Positions 23,724-24,000 of a stretch of 24,000 nt of DNA are shown here, in pieces. The stretch is from NCBI GenBank assembly GCA_965267265.1, contig OZ253944.1, positions 3,536,153 through 3,560,152 of the forward strand. Reading direction: 5' to 3'. The notes under the pieces are model-generated. The model searched no databases. It saw only the letters and a list, made by a program, of their open reading frames with translations, and was not told the origin of the DNA. The position numbers and the translations under genes are program-made. The stretch is from Parvibaculaceae bacterium (GTDB taxonomy: Bacteria > Pseudomonadota > Alphaproteobacteria > Parvibaculales > Parvibaculaceae). Numbering within the stretch: the first letter of the stretch is position 1; each line of letters begins with the position of its first letter.

Positions 23724-24000
23724 TTATCGAAGGGCTTCCAGTTCAATGTCGGAGGTTAGGACGACCGCCTTCAAGAGGGCCCAAATCGGTCGGCCAGGTT
23801 GCAAGTCCAACTCTTTGGCCGCACGTTGTGTGATACGGGCCCAGACGGCAGGCGCGTCATTGTTGCCTAAGGGTCGAACAAGCACGTCTACCTGAGCGCC
23901 GCCGGCTTCGGTCATGACCCCTACCTCACCTGCGATAACGTTTCTTATTGAGAGGCCGGAAGGTTCCGCAGTCGAGAGCACAATGTCGCGCGCACGTATG
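23724..24000 (-). CDS. modC: Molybdate ABC transporter ATP-binding protein, C-terminal TOBE domain (5'-truncated by the window edge)
   Basis: The frame is open beyond the track's GTG start up to the window end (…IRARDIVLSTAEPSGLSIRNVIAGEV…VWARITQRAAKELDLQPGRPIWALLKAVVL). It is collinear with the E. coli ModC C-terminus as I recall it (RIQASDVSL…TSIRNVLRAKV…[30 protein letters not shown]). Confidence 0.75.
   Translation of the reverse strand, partial: IRARDIVLSTAEPSGLSIRNVIAGEVGVMTEAGGAQVDVLVRPLGNNDAPAVWARITQRAAKELDLQPGRPIWALLKAVVLTSDIELEALR

Noticed and set aside
1-24000. CRISPR arrays, transposases/IS elements, prophage genes, toxin-antitoxin systems or known defence systems
   Set aside because: No repeat-spacer periodicity, terminal inverted repeats, or ORFs with transposase, integrase, nuclease or NTPase-type defence signatures were found on either strand.

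Overview
The window looks like chromosomal DNA from a moderately GC-rich bacterium. Spot counts give about 57-63% G+C in most genes. The gene content suggests an alphaproteobacterium, possibly marine: a cold-shock protein with two CSDs, a stand-alone NDUFS4-like ETC complex I subunit gene, and form II cox genes. This taxonomic call is inference only.

The left half (1..11730) is entirely on the minus strand. It holds a 10-gene, translationally coupled Mrp/Mbh-type cation:proton antiporter-like cluster in the order E-F-G-(MbhD/E-like)-B-C-D-(A-N-terminal-like)-small ORF-D. A coxG with a C-terminal transmembrane anchor follows 42 nt later. After that comes a form II (AYRGAGR-motif) coxS-coxL-coxM molybdo-hydroxylase operon. 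coxM runs off the window edge and is missing from the ORF track.

The right half is a mosaic of housekeeping and accessory genes:
- a two-CSD cold-shock protein and a PaaI-type thioesterase
- tRNA-Pro(UGG)
- a DhlA-like haloalkane dehalogenase and a membrane-anchored alpha/beta-fold protein with Ala in place of the nucleophile Ser
- an NDUFS4-like protein and tRNA-Arg(UCU)
- a lower-GC acyltransferase-3 gene whose 3' end overlaps that tRNA
- a VOC protein and a GST
- a membrane / zinc-ribbon / RHH-like protein and a Sel1-repeat protein
- a DUF1329 protein and an ALO-family FAD oxidase
- an orphan 74-aa biotinyl-domain protein and the TOBE end of modC

I found no CRISPR array, transposase, integrase or recognisable defence genes.

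The most interesting hypothesis is that the atypical three-pump Mrp/Mbh-like module and the membrane-tethered form II Mo-hydroxylase form one functional unit. The sequence shows only tight same-strand linkage, so this needs comparative and experimental testing.
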